Of a DNA stretch of 64,000 bases, positions 60,907-64,000 are shown piece after piece. The first letter of the stretch is position 1. Every line of letters begins with the position of its first letter. Source of the stretch: Candidatus Bathyarchaeota archaeon. Its GTDB lineage: Archaea > Thermoproteota > Bathyarchaeia > Bathyarchaeales > Bathycorpusculaceae. The notes under the pieces were generated by a model. That model ran no database searches and was not told the origin of the DNA. It saw only the letters and a list, made by a program, of their open reading frames with translations. Where the stretch lies: NCBI GenBank assembly GCA_963775465.1, contig CAVZIW010000004.1, positions 64,001-128,000 on the forward strand. Reading direction: 5' to 3'. The translations under genes and the position numbers were made by a program.

Positions 60907-61827
60907 ATGCGTAGATTTTTTCTGTATCTGTTGATTACGATTTTAGTGTCCACTCTGGTGGTAAGCAACTGCAGAGTGATGGGACAGAGTCAAGATACAT
61001 ATTCTGTTCAACTTCAGGGTTGGGTTTGGAACCATACAGCACTCCAAGTTTTAGTCATAAATTCTGTAAACGAATCTTGGTGGGATCCCAATTATCTTAA
61101 TGCAACACTTCGCGCCATTGGTCAATGGAACGATGCCTTCTCAGCGTTCGCGGAGAATTATTCAGATTTCTCTTACCTGTCGAGCCTAAAAATTGAGGAA
61201 ATTGTTGCTAGTGAAAATATGCCTGGGTTTGATATTTATGTTAATTGGACGCAGTTTCCGCTGAGCAACACTTCTAACGAGGTGGGCTTGTCCACGCTTT
61301 ATCCAAGGCGCGACAGCACCATTAATTATAGCACGATCAACCTCGCCACCCATACCATGCATGGAGATGCTTTAAGTGTGGGTGATATGCAAAACATCGC
61401 TCTTCACGAATTTGGACACAGTTTAGGGCTTGGTCATAGTAATTATGCTGGCGATTTAATGTATGCAAGCTACTCCATGAGTAGCGCTGCAGAATCAATT
61501 TCGACACTTGACGCTTATGGTATAGCAACATTGTTTGCTTGGAAAATAGAGCCTTCAAGTTTTTATCCTATTCGGAATTGGTTAGTTGCAAACTCGGCGG
61601 TTTTGCCTTCAGACATACCGTTTGAAGGGCTGCCTGTTTCCCAGCAAAATGTTAGCCCTCAAACAGCGGCTGAAAATCCTGTGATTCAAATTTTGGTATT
61701 GATGTTTGAGATTTTGATTCATCCAGAAGTTTTTTCGGTCGTTTTAGTGTTTATCATAGTTTTTGTGTTGATAGCGTTGATTCCGCGTAGAAAAAAATCT
61801 GCGGATACTACTATGGTTGGCTCATGA
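60907..61827 (+). CDS. Matrixin-family zinc metalloprotease, membrane anchored
   Basis: HEFGHSLGLGHS + Met-turn (DLMY), signal peptide, C-terminal TM. Confidence 0.88.
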   Translation: MRRFFLYLLITILVSTLVVSNCRVMGQSQDTYSVQLQGWVWNHTALQVLVINSVNESWWDPNYLNATLRAIGQWNDAFSAFAENYSDFSYLSSLKIEEIVASENMPGFDIYVNWTQFPLSNTSNEVGLSTLYPRRDSTINYSTINLATHTMHGDALSVGDMQNIALHEFGHSLGLGHSNYAGDLMYASYSMSSAAESISTLDAYGIATLFAWKIEPSSFYPIRNWLVANSAVLPSDIPFEGLPVSQQNVSPQTAAENPVIQILVLMFEILIHPEVFSVVLVFIIVFVLIALIPRRKKSADTTMVGS

Positions 61828-62425
61828 ATTCAATGAAGTCTGTGAGGGCTCTGGGCTGCAATGTATAGTTTGATGTTCTTTCTCGCCCAATCGTCGAGGT
61901 GGGGGTTGAACCGTAATCGTGCCCTGGATAGACTTCGATATTATCTTCTAGTTTTAGGATCTTATTAAAAAGACTATCATACATGCTTTTAGAGCTGCCG
62001 CCAGGCATGTCTGTTCTTCCGCATTCACCCACGAACAAAGTGTCACCAGTCAAAAGCTTCTGATTATCCACTAGTATGCAAATGCTATCAATTGTGTGTC
62101 CTGGAGTGTAAATGATTTTCAAAGGGATGGTTCCTACTTTTATAACATCACCATCTTCAACCCTTACATCGCAGTTTACTTTTGACAGCTTATGGGTGAC
62201 TATTTTTGCCCCGAAAATAGATTTTAGTTCTGTGTTGCCTGCAGTGTGGTCGGAGTGCCCATGTGTGTTGATGACGTATTTTAGTCGGAGATTTTGGGTT
62301 TTTAGGATTTTGATTATTTCGTCTGCGTTATAACTCGAATCAACGACTGCGGCTTCTTTTGTTTTTTCGTCGGCTATTAGGTAAGTGAAGTTGTCGCTGT
62401 GTTGTTGTATTTGGTTAAAAATCAT
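61811..62425 (-). CDS. MBL-fold hydrolase (glyoxalase II / ETHE1-like)
   Basis: THGHSDH, TPGHT, TGDTLF..CGRTD, YPGHDY. Confidence 0.9.
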   Translation of the reverse strand: MIFNQIQQHSDNFTYLIADEKTKEAAVVDSSYNADEIIKILKTQNLRLKYVINTHGHSDHTAGNTELKSIFGAKIVTHKLSKVNCDVRVEDGDVIKVGTIPLKIIYTPGHTIDSICILVDNQKLLTGDTLFVGECGRTDMPGGSSKSMYDSLFNKILKLEDNIEVYPGHDYGSTPTSTIGRERTSNYTLQPRALTDFIEFMSQP

Positions 62426-62438
62426 GTCTCAATTCACC

Positions 62439-62918
62439 TTATTTGTTTTTTCTTTGGGATAGCATTTTTTTAGCTAAATCTTGCCCTTTTTTGGTATAGA
62501 TCAGATTGATAATTTTGTTCCATTCAAAGCCTTCACGTGAGTTGTAGGTGGGGTATTCTTCTTGTGTGAACATAACTATTTTGTCTGCGTCGTATAGGGT
62601 CTTGAAAGGTTCGGAGGGATTAGTTGGGTGGTCATGGTGAGTGTGGATTATTTCGCAGACTTGCTTGACAAAAGAGTTTGGGCACCCCAATTTTTTTAGG
62701 ATTTCGGTTGCTATTTCGGGACCTTTTTCGTATTGGTCTTTTATGGTGCAGCCGCCTATGTCATGCAAAATAATCGCAGTGTATGTTAGATCTTGAAGTT
62801 CGGGTTTAACAGGAAAGTTTTTTTTGGCTATCTCAAGAACACGTTTTGTGTGTGAAACACCAAAATCGTTTTTTTCCAAAATTGGGGTAGCTAACTCTAA
62901 AACTTTTTTTAGATCCAA
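62439..62918 (-). CDS. HD-domain phosphohydrolase
   Basis: HTKRV, LHDIG, HTHH, DADK. Confidence 0.85.
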   Translation of the reverse strand: MDLKKVLELATPILEKNDFGVSHTKRVLEIAKKNFPVKPELQDLTYTAIILHDIGGCTIKDQYEKGPEIATEILKKLGCPNSFVKQVCEIIHTHHDHPTNPSEPFKTLYDADKIVMFTQEEYPTYNSREGFEWNKIINLIYTKKGQDLAKKMLSQRKNK

Positions 62919-62984
62919 TTAATCACCTGTGGGCTTTTATTCTAGCTATTTTAGTTGCCTAAATTTGTTTCCGAGCCTAAATGT

Positions 62985-63731
62985 TTAGGAGTCTAAATAG
63001 CTTTTAAGATAACCAACGTCTGAAGGCGGAAATCCAGAGAAGTATTTTCCAAAGTATCCATAAACAATCATTTGCTTATCTAAGAAAGAACCAAGTTTGT
63101 CAGCCCAAACCTTCAAGTCGTCTTTTCTGTCGACCTCTATTTTGCCTAAGGTTCCGTTCACTTTTTTTCGGTTTCCTTCCCATCGCAAATACAGAAAATC
63201 TGCAGTTACTTCTTTATTTTGAAGCGATAAAGGACCATCTGCCCATGCTAAAGCAACGCCGATAGCCGACAAGGCAGAATAAAAATCCTTATTGAGCCAA
63301 CTTTTATTTCTGACCTCAACTACGTAACGGCGGGGTTTCGGGAGACGCTGTAAATAATCTGTTAGATCGGGTAGGCGTTTAGCAGTAAAGTTGGGTGGAA
63401 ACTGGAGCAGTAGAGGACCAAGTTTTTCTTCCAGTAAATTTGCTCTTTGAAGAAAAATTCTGGTTTCGTTGTGGCAGTCTTTGAGCTTCTTAACGTGGGT
63501 TATTATCTGAGGGAACTTTAGGGCAAACCTAAAGTTTGGAGGTGTTTGTTGTTTCCAGTTGGTTACTGTTTTTTCAGTGGGGATACGGTAGAATGTGCTG
63601 TCTATTTCCACGGTGTTAAATTTTGAGGAATAATAGTTCAGGTAGTTTTTGGAAGCTGTTTTGTTAGGATAAAAGGTGTCTTTCCAGAAATCGTAGCTAA
63701 AACCGATTGTGCCCAAATACAAGTTTGGCAT
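62985..63731 (-). CDS. DUF72 family protein
   Basis: GT.GFSY..W, VEIDSTFYRIP, ITH, GPLLLQFPP, VEVRN.SW, YLR. Confidence 0.92.
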   Translation of the reverse strand: MPNLYLGTIGFSYDFWKDTFYPNKTASKNYLNYYSSKFNTVEIDSTFYRIPTEKTVTNWKQQTPPNFRFALKFPQIITHVKKLKDCHNETRIFLQRANLLEEKLGPLLLQFPPNFTAKRLPDLTDYLQRLPKPRRYVVEVRNKSWLNKDFYSALSAIGVALAWADGPLSLQNKEVTADFLYLRWEGNRKKVNGTLGKIEVDRKDDLKVWADKLGSFLDKQMIVYGYFGKYFSGFPPSDVGYLKSYLDS

Positions 63732-63735
63732 ATCT

Positions 63736-63999
63736 CTATTTTCCTTTCAACAAAAGCCAGTCTTTGTCGCCTGCCCGTTTTAGCCTCACTAGAATGTAGC
63801 GTCCTTTAAGGCGATTGCCGTCGAGTGTGACTTCAATCTTGTCATTTTCCCAAAGCTTTGGTTCATAATAGCCTTTGTCCCAAATCTTTACTGTTCCAGC
63901 GCCATACTGCCCTTTTGGAATTTCCCCTTCGAAACTTGCATAGTCGTATGGGTGATCTTCGACTTCCACTGCTAAGACTTTCTGTCCAACTTCAGGGAT
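63736..63999 (-). CDS. LigD 3'-phosphoesterase (PE) domain protein, 5' part outside window
   Basis: LAVEVEDHP..YA.FEGEIPKGQYGAGTV.IWDKG, G.RLKGRY.L, WLL; frame open to the window edge. Confidence 0.9.
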   Translation of the reverse strand: MPEVGQKVLAVEVEDHPYDYASFEGEIPKGQYGAGTVKIWDKGYYEPKLWENDKIEVTLDGNRLKGRYILVRLKRAGDKDWLLLKGK

Positions 64000-64000
64000 A

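Overview
Archaeal chromosomal window; the archaeal 16S rRNA, SmAP/L37e pair, deoxyhypusine synthase and A-type ATP synthase suggest a TACK archaeon, most likely Bathyarchaeia (inference, not a database result). Main blocks: (1) ~1.1-16.4 kb phosphate/polyphosphate island (CYTH, PPK1, CHAD-metallophosphoesterase-HD fusion, Ppx/GppA, PPK2, PhoU, pstSCAB, AbrB-PhoU regulator, HAD); (2) rpl37e/Lsm, a PEF-motif surface protein, PUA, MscS, flavodoxin; (3) a solitary 16S rRNA gene with its own flanking processing stem and no adjacent 23S; (4) a complete A1Ao ATP synthase cluster with atpI on the opposite strand and a USP plus an unannotated 59-aa coiled-coil ORF inside it; (5) PAP2/Aur1-like, condensation-type acyltransferase, NifU, citrate synthase, tRNA-Gln(CTG), dys; (6) ~18 kb glycan biosynthesis region with a 3-hydroxyacyl-CoA dehydrogenase between a sugar acyltransferase and an aminotransferase; (7) matrixin, MBL, HD, DUF72 and a partial LigD phosphoesterase. 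Several small ORFs missed by the ORF track were found by manual translation. No CRISPR array, transposase or integrase was seen.
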